A stretch of DNA of 64,000 nucleotides from Micavibrio sp. (GTDB taxonomy: Bacteria > Pseudomonadota > Alphaproteobacteria > Micavibrionales > UBA2020), in assembly GCA_040377425.1 (NCBI GenBank), contig JBEIOU010000013.1, positions 7,919 through 71,918 on the forward strand. The letters run 5' to 3'. Every line of letters begins with the position of its first letter. Within the stretch, counting starts at the first letter, position 1. Shown here piece by piece: positions 32,241 to 41,719 of the stretch. The notes under the pieces are model-generated. The model had not been told where the DNA came from. It ran no database searches and saw nothing but the letters and a program-made list of their open reading frames with translations. A program made the position numbers and the translations under genes.

Positions 32241-33266
32241 TTAAACGGGGCGCGGGTTGCGTTCCTGAAATCCGCGTTGGTGCCAATACGGATAGGCGGG
32301 CGTTTTCTCGCTCGCGGCATCCAGTTTTTTGACTTGCTCTGCGGTCAAATTCCAGCCAACAGCGCCGAGGTTTTGTTTCAGCTGCTCTTCGTTGCGCGCG
32401 CCGATGACAATATTGCTGACAGTCGGGCGTTGTAAAAGCCAGTTCAGCGCCACCTGCGGCACGGTCTTGCCGGTTTCCTGTGCAACCTCGTCAATCGCAT
32501 CGACCACGCTGTACAGATATTCATTATCCACCGGCGGGCCGCCTTCGGCGCCGCCCTGTTTGATGCGCCCTTCGGGCAGCGGCTGGCCGCGGCGGATTTT
32601 ACCGGTCAGACGGCCCCAGCCGAGCGGGCTCCAGACCATCAAACCAACACCCTGATCGACGCCCAGCGGCATCAGCTCTTCTTCGTAATCGCGCCCGATG
32701 AGCGAATAATAACCCTGATACGCCACATAGCGCGCCAGACCATATTTCTCGGACGTTGCCAGCGATTTCATCAAATGCCAGCCGGAGAAGTTGGAACAGC
32801 CGATGTACCCGATCTTGCCGCTTTGTACCAGATGGTCAAGCGCGGCAAGGGTTTCGTCCACGGGCGTTTGTGCATCGAAGCCGTGCATGAAATAAAGATC
32901 GATATGATCGGTGCCAAGACGCTTCAGGCTTGCCTCCGCCGCGCGGATCAGGTGATAGCGGGACGATCCTTTGTCATTCGGTCCATCACCCATCGAAAAC
33001 GTGGCTTTGGTTGCAATCAGGGTTTTGTCGCGGCGGCCCTTGATGGCGGCGCCCAGAACTTCTTCGGAGGCGCCAGCCGAATAAATATCGGCGGTGTCGA
33101 AAAAATTGAGCCCCGCATCAAGGCAGATGTCCACCATGCGCGATGCTTCTTTTGCATCGGTGTCGCCCCAGCGTTTGAAAAATTCGTTACTGCCGCCGAA
33201 TGTGGCGGTGCCAAGGCTCAGGACCGGCACTTTCAGGCCTGATTTGCCGAGTAGTCTGTGTTCCAT
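32241..33266 (-). CDS. Aldo/keto reductase
   Basis: LGTATFGG...FFDTADIYS...IDLYFMHGFD...GCSNFSGW pattern. Confidence 0.88.
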   Translation of the reverse strand: MEHRLLGKSGLKVPVLSLGTATFGGSNEFFKRWGDTDAKEASRMVDICLDAGLNFFDTADIYSAGASEEVLGAAIKGRRDKTLIATKATFSMGDGPNDKGSSRYHLIRAAEASLKRLGTDHIDLYFMHGFDAQTPVDETLAALDHLVQSGKIGYIGCSNFSGWHLMKSLATSEKYGLARYVAYQGYYSLIGRDYEEELMPLGVDQGVGLMVWSPLGWGRLTGKIRRGQPLPEGRIKQGGAEGGPPVDNEYLYSVVDAIDEVAQETGKTVPQVALNWLLQRPTVSNIVIGARNEEQLKQNLGAVGWNLTAEQVKKLDAASEKTPAYPYWHQRGFQERNPRPV

Positions 33267-33295
33267 GTATATTCTCCTTTGGGGTTATGCCGTGG

Positions 33296-34519
33296 TTAGA
33301 TGGCGTGCGGTGCGGGTTGCAGATCGGTGTTTTGAGCGCTCTCTTCTTGCGGTGTTTGCGTGCCGGAGTCTTTGCCGCGTGTGCGCAGAAACACGAGACA
33401 GAGCAGGATAGTCAAAACAGAAAACCCGACAGCTGTCAGCGGCACGGCGCGCAGGCCCAGCTCCGCCTCGATCACCTTGCCACCTGCCCAGGCGCCAAGA
33501 GCATTCCCCGTGTTGAAAGCGCCGACGTTAATTGTTGAAATCAGATTGGGCGCACGGCTGCCCGCCGTGATGGCGTTATAATGTACAGCAGAGCAGCTGG
33601 CAAAAAACGCAACGCCCCACAGGAACAGTGTGATTTCAGCGGGGATGAACGATCGCGCGCTCCAGTAGAAAATCAGCTGGAATAAACCGACCGCGATGAA
33701 TGTGACCAGCAAGGTGGTGCGCGGGTGCCTGTCTGTCATGCGGCCGCCGATGAAATTACCCACCGTCAGGCCGACGCCGATCAGCAGCAGGGTGTAGCTT
33801 ACCGCCCGCGGCGTGATTTGCGTGATTTCGCCCAGAATGGGGGCGATGTAAGTAAACAGGGCAAAGATCGCCGCGCTGTTAAAAATCGTCAAACCGAGCG
33901 CCATCCAAACCCGCACATCGCGCAGAACAGCTATTTCAGTCAGCAAGCTGGGCGGGGCTTCGGGTTTATCGCGCGGCAGCAGGACGGCCAGCGCCGCAAA
34001 AGCCGCAACGCCAATGGCCGTCACGGCCCAAAATGTGGCGCGCCATCCCATTTCCTGTCCCAGCAATGTGCCAAACGGCACGCCCAGCACGTTGGCGATT
34101 GTCAGCCCCATAAACATCATGGCAATCGCCGATGCGCGGCGGTTGGGCGGTGCCAGATTGGCCGCGGCAATTGAACCGATGCCAAAAAACGCGCCATGGC
34201 AGAGCGCTGTCACGATGCGTGCGATCATCAGCAGGTCATAGTTTTCGGCCATGGCGCAAAACGCGTTACCAGCAATGAAAATACCCATCAGGCCGATCAA
34301 CGCTTTTTTGCGCGGGAAACGTGCCGTGGCGAAGGCCATGATCGGTGCCCCAATCGCAACGCCGAGGGCATAGCCGGTAATCAGCATGCCGGCATCGGGG
34401 ATGGTGACATCCAGATCGCGTGCCACATCTGGCAGCAAGCCCATGATCACAAATTCTGTCGTGCCGATACCAAAGGCCGCCAAAGCCAGCGCCAGCAGGG
34501 GGAGGTACATGCTTTTCAT
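33296..34519 (-). CDS. MFS transporter (sugar/drug efflux type)
   Basis: A 12-TM pattern with GIGTTEFVIMGLLPDVARDL typical of the YdhP/AraJ-like MFS group. Confidence 0.85.
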   Translation of the reverse strand: MKSMYLPLLALALAAFGIGTTEFVIMGLLPDVARDLDVTIPDAGMLITGYALGVAIGAPIMAFATARFPRKKALIGLMGIFIAGNAFCAMAENYDLLMIARIVTALCHGAFFGIGSIAAANLAPPNRRASAIAMMFMGLTIANVLGVPFGTLLGQEMGWRATFWAVTAIGVAAFAALAVLLPRDKPEAPPSLLTEIAVLRDVRVWMALGLTIFNSAAIFALFTYIAPILGEITQITPRAVSYTLLLIGVGLTVGNFIGGRMTDRHPRTTLLVTFIAVGLFQLIFYWSARSFIPAEITLFLWGVAFFASCSAVHYNAITAGSRAPNLISTINVGAFNTGNALGAWAGGKVIEAELGLRAVPLTAVGFSVLTILLCLVFLRTRGKDSGTQTPQEESAQNTDLQPAPHAI

Positions 34520-34528
34520 TTTTATTCT

Positions 34529-34873
34529 CTATTCCGCAGAAGAAGGTTTATTTTTGGCAGCTGGCGTCTGGTGGTGGCGCAGGATGGTATCGAGCAGACC
34601 CGGAAAATATCGCTCCAGATCGTCCTTGCGCACGGTGTTGATGACTTCGACACCTTGTTTTTCCGACCGGATAATTCCGCATGCCCGCAGCACTTTGTGG
34701 TGGTGCGATATAGTAGAGGCGGGCGTATTATCCATGCAGGCTTCACGGCAGCTCATGCCATTGCACGACAGTAATTTGGCGACGATATCGCGGCGTGCCG
34801 GATCGGCCAGCGCACGCAGAATGTCGTCAATGGATACGTCATGCAAAGACGGATGGTGAAAGGGTCGAGACAT
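34529..34873 (-). CDS. ArsR/SmtB-family transcriptional regulator
   Basis: ILRALADPARRDIVAKLL...STISHHHKVLRACGII, a winged-HTH pattern. Confidence 0.8.
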   Translation of the reverse strand: MSRPFHHPSLHDVSIDDILRALADPARRDIVAKLLSCNGMSCREACMDNTPASTISHHHKVLRACGIIRSEKQGVEVINTVRKDDLERYFPGLLDTILRHHQTPAAKNKPSSAE

Positions 34874-35106
34874 AAGAAAAGATATAGGGACGTGCATTTA
34901 ATACTTCAAGGATCTTGAAGTATTTCTTATATTTCTTTTATCCGTTTGAAAATAAATGGCAATTTATTTTGCGGCGCAAAACAAAAGGGGGCCGAGATAA
35001 AAAAGATTGAAAGGGTGCCCCGTATTAGGTAAACAGGTCGGCGTGCTTTTGCACACGCGATTCATTTCCTTAAAATCAGCGCAACCATGGAGGTTCTGCA
35101 TAAATC

Positions 35107-36561
35107 ATGACCGATCACGTTCCCGTGTCTTCGACCCCGTATCAAGTATACGCAAAAATTTCTGGTCCGATTGTTATTATCGGCTTTGGCTCTATCGGCC
35201 GCGGCACCTTGCCCCTGATCGAGCGTCATTTCGAATACGACAAGGAACGTCTCGTTGTCATCGATCCGCAGGATGATGATATCGCGATCCTGAATGAACG
35301 CGGCATCCGCTTCATTCAGACACACGTCACCAAAGAAAACTACCGCGATCTGCTGCCGCCGCTGTTAACGGTTGGCGGCGGGCAGGGGTTCTGCGTCAAC
35401 CTGTCGGTGGACGTATCGTCCCTCGACATGATGAAACTGTGCCGCGCGTTGAACACGCTTTATATCGACACCGTTGTTGAGCCGTGGCTGGGTTTCTATT
35501 TCGATGAAACGCTGGATACGTCTGCGCGCAGCAACTATGCGCTACGCGAAGCGGTACTGGCTGAACGCCGTAATAATCCGGGCGGCACGACCGCGGTTTC
35601 CTGCTGCGGTGCGAACCCCGGCATGGTGTCTTGGTTTGTGAAACAGGCGTTGATCGACGTTGCCGCCGCAACGGGCGTGAAGTGCGATGTGCCGACCACG
35701 CGCGAGGGTTGGGCGTCGTTGATGCAGCAGGTCGGCGTCAAGGGCATCCACATTGCCGAGCGCGATACCCAGCGCAGCAAGAACCCCAAGAAAATGGGTG
35801 TTTTTGTCAATACGTGGTCTGTCGAAGGTTTTATCTCCGAAGGGTTGCAGCCCGCCGAACTGGGCTGGGGCAGCCATGAAAAATGGTTTCCGGCCACCGG
35901 CCATCGCCATGAAACAGGCTGCAAAGCTGCAATTTACCTGATGCAACCCGGCGCAAATACGCGTGTGCAAAGCTGGTGCCCCACGCCCGGCCCGCAATAC
36001 GCGTTTCTGGTCACGCATAACGAAGCGATTTCCATTTCCGACTACTTCACCGTCGGCAGTGGTGATACGCCCACATACCGTCCGACCTGCCATTACGCAT
36101 ACCACCCGTCGAACGACGCGGTGTTATCCGTGCATGAAATGTTCGGCAGCTGCGGCAACCCGCAAAAACAACATCACATTCTGGAAGAAGCCGAGATTGT
36201 CGATGGTTCGGACGAACTGGGCGTGCTGCTGTATGGTCACGCCAAGAATGCCTATTGGTACGGTTCGCAACTGACGATCGAAGAAACGCGCGCGCTGGCG
36301 CCGTATCAGAATGCAACAGGCATGCAGGTAACGTCGGCGGTGCTGGCGGGTATGGTCTGGGCGCTTGAAAACCCGAATGCAGGGATTGTCGAGACGGACG
36401 AGATGGATTTCCGCCGCTGCCTCGATATTCAAAAGCAATATCTGGGAAAGATGGCGGGCTATTATACCGACTGGACGCCACTGCAAAACCGCCCCGGTTT
36501 GTTCCCTGAAGATATCGACACCAGCGATCCGTGGCAGTTCCGCAATATTCTGGTGCGTTAA
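35107..36561 (+). CDS. hss: Homospermidine synthase
   Basis: GPIVIIGFGSIGRGTLPLIERHF at the N-terminus and an overall length of 484 aa match bacterial homospermidine synthases as I recall them. Confidence 0.8.
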   Translation: MTDHVPVSSTPYQVYAKISGPIVIIGFGSIGRGTLPLIERHFEYDKERLVVIDPQDDDIAILNERGIRFIQTHVTKENYRDLLPPLLTVGGGQGFCVNLSVDVSSLDMMKLCRALNTLYIDTVVEPWLGFYFDETLDTSARSNYALREAVLAERRNNPGGTTAVSCCGANPGMVSWFVKQALIDVAAATGVKCDVPTTREGWASLMQQVGVKGIHIAERDTQRSKNPKKMGVFVNTWSVEGFISEGLQPAELGWGSHEKWFPATGHRHETGCKAAIYLMQPGANTRVQSWCPTPGPQYAFLVTHNEAISISDYFTVGSGDTPTYRPTCHYAYHPSNDAVLSVHEMFGSCGNPQKQHHILEEAEIVDGSDELGVLLYGHAKNAYWYGSQLTIEETRALAPYQNATGMQVTSAVLAGMVWALENPNAGIVETDEMDFRRCLDIQKQYLGKMAGYYTDWTPLQNRPGLFPEDIDTSDPWQFRNILVR

Positions 36562-36584
36562 TTCGTATACGGCCTAAACAAAAA

Positions 36585-36608
36585 ACCGCGCCAGTCAAAC
36601 GGCGCGGT
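36585..36608. terminator. Bidirectional rho-independent terminator
   Basis: Stem ACCGCGCC / GGCGCGGT flanked by an A-run and a T-run. Confidence 0.8.
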
Positions 36609-36625
36609 TTTTTGTGGGCCTGTAT

Positions 36626-37378
36626 TTAATCAGGCTTTTTTGGCGCACGCGCCAGAATGCTGTCGCCAATGCACAGCGGCAGCGCGGCAATCAATCGCGA
36701 CAAAATCAACATGGGCAGCGGGAAGGCGATGCGGGCGCGGTTTTTTTCGATGCCTTTTTTAATGCAGGCTGCGGCTTTGTCGGCGGTCATCAAAAACGGC
36801 ATGGTGAAGTTGTTCACATCCGTCAGCGGCGTTTTGATAAACCCGGGGAAGATCACCGATACATTGACGCCATCGGGCGCCAGCAGCGGGCGCAGCGCTT
36901 CGCCCAATGCCCGCACCGCCATCTTGCTGGTGCTATAGGCGACCGCATTCGGCATGCCGCGCCATCCTGCCATGGAACTCATCAGCACGATATGTCCGCT
37001 TTTGCGGGCTTTCATACGGTCGATGAGCGGCATCACCGTGTGCAGCGTGCCATCCAGATTGGTGTGCATGATACCGTAAAAACCGGCGCCGCCACTGCTG
37101 CCGCCGGAAATGCCGGCATTGGCGATGACGATATCGATATTGTGGGCGTCGTCCCATGTGGCGACTTGTTCTTCGAAGGCGATGCGGTCGGTCACGGGTA
37201 CGGTGCTGATTTCAGCATCCGCGCCGCGGGTGCGGCAATCGCTGGCCACACGCTCCAGCCGCGTCACGTCGCGGCCGGTCAGCAGCAGGGTGACGCCCTG
37301 CGCCGCATAGGCATTGGCAAGCGCGTGACCGATACCGCTGGAGGCGCCAGTGATCAGAACTGTTTTATTATTTGACAT
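36626..37378 (-). CDS. Short-chain dehydrogenase/reductase (SDR)
   Basis: TGASSGIG cofactor motif and YSTSK catalytic motif. Confidence 0.88.
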   Translation of the reverse strand: MSNNKTVLITGASSGIGHALANAYAAQGVTLLLTGRDVTRLERVASDCRTRGADAEISTVPVTDRIAFEEQVATWDDAHNIDIVIANAGISGGSSGGAGFYGIMHTNLDGTLHTVMPLIDRMKARKSGHIVLMSSMAGWRGMPNAVAYSTSKMAVRALGEALRPLLAPDGVNVSVIFPGFIKTPLTDVNNFTMPFLMTADKAAACIKKGIEKNRARIAFPLPMLILSRLIAALPLCIGDSILARAPKKPD

Positions 37379-37483
37379 ATCGTAAAACTTTCAGGGCATA
37401 AGCGGGTGTGGAAGCTTGTATCCCAAGGGGGTGCGGGTTATAACAGGGCTTCAACAGATTCTCAGCATAAGTGTAAAAGAAAG

Positions 37484-38155
37484 ATGATGGCCGCAGCAAG
37501 CATCACGACATTTCCCGCACCCGAAGCTTCGACGCTGAAACGCCGGGGGATCATGCTGGTCCTCGCTTCTCCGCCAGGCGGGGGGAAAACCACCGTCAGC
37601 CGCGCCATTGCCGAGCAAGATCCCCAGACGACCATCTCTGTTTCCGCCACCACCCGCGCGATGCGCCCCGGTGAAGTGGATGGTACGCATTATTATTTCG
37701 TCACGCGCGAGAATTTCGAACAGCAGATTGCCGAGGGCAATATGCTGGAACATGCGCTGGTCTATAACAACTATCTGTACGGTACGCCCAAACAGCCGGT
37801 TGAAAAAGCGCTGAGCGAAGGCCGCGATGTGCTGTTCGATATCGACTGGCAGGGCAACCGCAAGCTGACCGAAGTCGCGGCGGATGATGTTGTATCGGTC
37901 TTTTTGCTGCCCCCGTCATGGAAAGCGCTGGCCGACCGTCTGCATGGCCGCAAGCAGGACAGCGAAGAAGAAATCGAACGCCGCCTCGGCAAAGCGCGTG
38001 ATGAAATCTCGCATTACAAAGAATTCAATTACGTGATCGTCAACAACGACCTGCAAGATACCATTGCGCAGGTGCGTGCGATCCTGGAAGCCGAGCGCAC
38101 ACGCCGCCACCGTCTGACGGATGTCGATGCCTTTGTGGCGACGCTGAAGCCGTAA
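37484..38155 (+). CDS. gmk: Guanylate kinase
   Basis: SPPGGGKTT P-loop, SATTRAMRPGEVDGTHYYF and YGT motifs. Confidence 0.9.
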   Translation: MMAAASITTFPAPEASTLKRRGIMLVLASPPGGGKTTVSRAIAEQDPQTTISVSATTRAMRPGEVDGTHYYFVTRENFEQQIAEGNMLEHALVYNNYLYGTPKQPVEKALSEGRDVLFDIDWQGNRKLTEVAADDVVSVFLLPPSWKALADRLHGRKQDSEEEIERRLGKARDEISHYKEFNYVIVNNDLQDTIAQVRAILEAERTRRHRLTDVDAFVATLKP

Positions 38156-38168
38156 TTATAAAGCCAGA

Positions 38169-39035
38169 TTATACGCTGATTTTCTCAAGCGCTTCGGCCA
38201 TGCGGACAAAGCCTGCGATGTCGATTTCTTCGGCGCGGGCCGTGCCGTCGATACCGGCCATCTCCAGCAGTTTTGTTTCATCTACGCCCAGCGATTTCAG
38301 GCTCTGGCGCAGCATTTTGCGGCGCTGGCCAAATGCGGCGGCGGTCAGACGTTCCATGGTTTTCATCTGCACGCTGTTGGTGCGCACGGTTTTGGGTACG
38401 ATGTGCACCACGCTGGATGTCACTTTGGGCGGCGGGGTGAAGGCAGACGGCGGGATATCGAACATTTTTTCCGCATCGCAAAGCCACTGCGTCATAACGC
38501 TCAGGCGGCCGTAATCTTTGGTCCGCGGTTCGGCGGTGATCCGCTCCGCGACTTCTTTTTGGAACATCAACGTCATGCTTTTGAATGACGCCGCCTTTTC
38601 CAGCCACCCCAGCAGCAAAACGGTTGCGATGTTGTAAGGCAGGTTTGCGGCCAATGCACGCGGTGCAGGGCAGATAGCTTCGTAATCGATATTCAGCGCA
38701 TCATCGGCGATGATGGTCAGGCGGCCGTTGGCAGCGGTGGCCAGTTCTTGCAGCGCATTGACGCAGCGGTCGTCGCGTTCGATGGCGTATACATGCGGTG
38801 TGCCGGTTTGCACAAGCGCCCGTGTGAGACCGCCCGGCCCCGGTCCGATTTCAATCACGTTCACGCCCTGCAGGTTGCCTGCGCAGCGGGCAATGCGCGC
38901 CGTGAGATTAAGATCGAGCAGGAAATTCTGGCCTAGGTTTTTCTTGGCATTCAGTTCATAGCGCGCAATGGTTTCCCGCAGCGGCGGCAAAGCCTCCACA
39001 GCCGATGTGTCAAACGGGTATGGGGTTTGGCTCAT
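38169..39035 (-). CDS. rsmA: 16S rRNA (adenine1518/1519-N6)-dimethyltransferase
   Basis: LGQNFLLD, VIEIGPGPGGLT, NLPYNI. Confidence 0.92.
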   Translation of the reverse strand: MSQTPYPFDTSAVEALPPLRETIARYELNAKKNLGQNFLLDLNLTARIARCAGNLQGVNVIEIGPGPGGLTRALVQTGTPHVYAIERDDRCVNALQELATAANGRLTIIADDALNIDYEAICPAPRALAANLPYNIATVLLLGWLEKAASFKSMTLMFQKEVAERITAEPRTKDYGRLSVMTQWLCDAEKMFDIPPSAFTPPPKVTSSVVHIVPKTVRTNSVQMKTMERLTAAAFGQRRKMLRQSLKSLGVDETKLLEMAGIDGTARAEEIDIAGFVRMAEALEKISV

Positions 39036-39038
39036 CGA

Positions 39039-40568
39039 TCAGAAACGCTGTTCGATAAAGGCTGTCGCCCGCAGGTCGCGCAGGTAACGCTCGGCCATCT
39101 GTTCCAGACGCTGGGTGCCGAGGCGGTTGGCGATTTCTTCGCGCTGCATTTCGTTCGCGCCGCCTTCTGCGTTATTTGCCGCGGGGGCGGCGGCCGGTTT
39201 TTCCGGCGCAGGCGCGGGGGCTTCGGCCATGTCGATGACTTTGGGGGCGGGTGCTGTATCGCGGCCGCAGACCATATAAAGCGCGATGCCGCCGTCGATG
39301 CGTGCAGGGCGGCTCAGGCTGCCATCGTTTATGCCATCAAGCGCAGCTTTGGCGGCATCGGGCAGCGCGGTGGTATCCATGCGGCCCAGATCGCCCGTAC
39401 CGGTGGCAGAGAAATCTTTCATGCGTGCATCCATGGCATCGCACGATGTGATTTCGCGGCGCAGCTGTTCGGCGCGTGCCAGTTTGCTCTGCACCAGCAC
39501 CTCTGCTTCGCCTGTGGCGAGCGGCAGCATAATGCGCTTTACGTTTGCTTCGGCCGACAGTTTCGGCAGTTCAGGCGCCGGTGCGTCGGTGGCGACCAAT
39601 GATGGGCGCTTTTCAGCTGCGGCCGGTGCTGCATCTGTTGCGGCGGGGGCCGGTGCCGCGGCGGGAGCTGCTGCGTTACCGCCGGGGAGCCCTTTTTGAC
39701 GCATGTCACGCAAGAACAGCAGGTGATAACCTTTGCTGGTGCGCACGGGCGCGCTCAGTTGGCCCGGCTGCAATCCGACAACGGCGGCGTTCAATTCGGG
39801 CGCAAGGATGCCTTCTTCGATCCAGCCCAGATCACCGCCTGTGGCGGCGCCGGGGGCTTCGGAATATTCACGAGCAACCTGCGAAAACGGACGGCCCTTG
39901 GCAATGTCGCTGCTGAGGCGTTCTATCTGTTCGCGTGCGTTTTTCTCGCTCGCGTCGCCGTCGAATGACAAAAAGATTTCAGCGATGCGGTATTCGGTGC
40001 GGCCGGAGCTGCGCTGCAAACGGTCGACTTCTGTATCAATCTCGTTTTCCGAGATGACAATCTGCGGGCGCAACTTGCGGCGGATAACCTGCGTCCATGC
40101 CAGTTCGGCGCGGATTTGTTCATGGATTGTGTTCAGGTTGATACCCGATTGCTGCAGGCCTTCGCGGAAACGCTCCGGCGTGACTTTGTTTTGCGCGGCC
40201 AGCATCGCAAAGCCGTCTTCGATTTCCTTGTCGGTCGGGGCGATGTTGAGCGCCTTCGCTTCCTGCAATTGCAGCTTTTCGTCGACCAGACGATAAACAG
40301 CCTGCTGCAATACTTTTTGTTTTGCTTCCTGCGGCAGGTTGGGCGGCGCGCCCAGCATGTAAAGACTCATGCGGTCTTCGATATCGCTGAAAGTAATCAC
40401 GTCGTCATTTACCACGGTCGCAATACCGATGCGCGAGCCGGATGATTGTTTGCTTTGCGTTTTGCCTTGGGCAGGCTTGGCGGTTTTTTCAGGCGCGGCC
40501 ATAACCGGCGCGGCAAAAGCCAGCGCGGCGCAGGTGGCGAAAATGGCAAGGCGGAGCGAAACGGTCAC
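39039..40568 (-). CDS. surA: SurA-like periplasmic chaperone / peptidyl-prolyl isomerase with Ala/Pro-rich inserts
   Basis: It has a signal peptide, a SurA N-domain pattern and a parvulin-like segment (GGDLGWIEEG...GYHLLFL). The start codon is GTG. Confidence 0.75.
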   Translation of the reverse strand: MTVSLRLAIFATCAALAFAAPVMAAPEKTAKPAQGKTQSKQSSGSRIGIATVVNDDVITFSDIEDRMSLYMLGAPPNLPQEAKQKVLQQAVYRLVDEKLQLQEAKALNIAPTDKEIEDGFAMLAAQNKVTPERFREGLQQSGINLNTIHEQIRAELAWTQVIRRKLRPQIVISENEIDTEVDRLQRSSGRTEYRIAEIFLSFDGDASEKNAREQIERLSSDIAKGRPFSQVAREYSEAPGAATGGDLGWIEEGILAPELNAAVVGLQPGQLSAPVRTSKGYHLLFLRDMRQKGLPGGNAAAPAAAPAPAATDAAPAAAEKRPSLVATDAPAPELPKLSAEANVKRIMLPLATGEAEVLVQSKLARAEQLRREITSCDAMDARMKDFSATGTGDLGRMDTTALPDAAKAALDGINDGSLSRPARIDGGIALYMVCGRDTAPAPKVIDMAEAPAPAPEKPAAAPAANNAEGGANEMQREEIANRLGTQRLEQMAERYLRDLRATAFIEQRF

Positions 40569-40686
40569 GGCGATGAATCCCTAAACTTCGGTCAAAGGCG
40601 AAATGAGTATGTAAACAGCCTGCATCATATAGGCAAGCGCGGCGAAATACCAGCCGGACAAATTTCCGTAAAGTGGCAAAAATTTG

Positions 40687-41628
40687 TTAAATCTTGCGAT
40701 ACTGGCGCAGATACGTTGGCAAGATGCCCCCCATCGCCGTGGGCGTGATGCCCAGATCGGCCAAGCCGGGGTGGTGCCCGCTGGCCACGTTATCGGCGGC
40801 AAGGCTGCGCACCTGATCGACCGTCAGCGGTGGCGTCGGGCAGAGGCTGCCCAAGGCACCGATGATTTTCGCCACAGGCGCGGGCAGGGGCACAAACAGA
40901 CGTTTGCGTCCGGTCATGTGCAGCATCAGTTCCAGCAATGCGCGGAAGGTGGCTGTTTGCGGCCCGGCCAGCTCGAAAATCTGTCCGGCGTATTTGGATG
41001 CGGCGGGGCAGGTGACGATCTTGGCAATCGCATCGGCGATATCGCCGACATAGACAGGCTGAAAACGTGTTTTGCCCCCCATGACCAACGGCAATACTGG
41101 CGACAGCCGCGCCATGGCTGCAAAACGGTTAAAGAAATTATCTTCGGCACCGAACACAAGGCTGGGACGCAGAATAACGGCGCTTGGGTATGCACGCAGC
41201 ACGGCCTCTTCGCCATCCGCCTTGCTCTGGGCATAATGCGCGGTAGCCTGTTTTGATGCACCGATCGCCGAGATGTGAATAAATTGCTGCGCGCCAGCCT
41301 CCGCTGCGGCATGTGCGATGCGCTGTGCGGCCAGATGGTGAATGGCGTCGAATCTGTTTTTGCGGACGCTTTCAAACAAAATGCCGATCAGATTGATAAC
41401 ATGCGTGCTGCCTGCCACGGCGCGCGCGACGCTGGCGGTATCATGGATGTCGCAGGCGATCGGCACAATCTGTCCGACATCGCCGCAAGGCTTCAGGAAA
41501 TAGGCGCTGGCCGGGCTGCGTGTGGCAATTCGGATTTGTGCGCCCGTGCGCGCCAGCTGCTGTACGGTATAGCGGCCAATAAAGCCCGTACCGCCAAAAA
41601 TGGTGATGATTTTACGCGCTGCGGTCAT
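40687..41628 (-). CDS. NAD-dependent epimerase/NDUFA9-like atypical SDR
   Basis: IFGGTGFIGRY Rossmann motif in a roughly 313-aa protein, as in alphaproteobacterial complex I 39-kDa-like proteins. Confidence 0.75.
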   Translation of the reverse strand: MTAARKIITIFGGTGFIGRYTVQQLARTGAQIRIATRSPASAYFLKPCGDVGQIVPIACDIHDTASVARAVAGSTHVINLIGILFESVRKNRFDAIHHLAAQRIAHAAAEAGAQQFIHISAIGASKQATAHYAQSKADGEEAVLRAYPSAVILRPSLVFGAEDNFFNRFAAMARLSPVLPLVMGGKTRFQPVYVGDIADAIAKIVTCPAASKYAGQIFELAGPQTATFRALLELMLHMTGRKRLFVPLPAPVAKIIGALGSLCPTPPLTVDQVRSLAADNVASGHHPGLADLGITPTAMGGILPTYLRQYRKI

Positions 41629-41719
41629 ATGTAGGATCCCCGGATAAATGCATGTAAAGAAATAGGCTTTGGTCTTTCAATATCAATATCAATCTGCGCG
41701 TGATATCGCGCGGCCATGG

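Noticed and set aside
38169-40568. surA directly followed by rsmA without pdxA
   Set aside because: This differs from the E. coli lptD-surA-pdxA-rsmA order. It is most simply a lineage-specific synteny difference (for example an alternative PLP pathway), and nothing in the sequence suggests a new feature.
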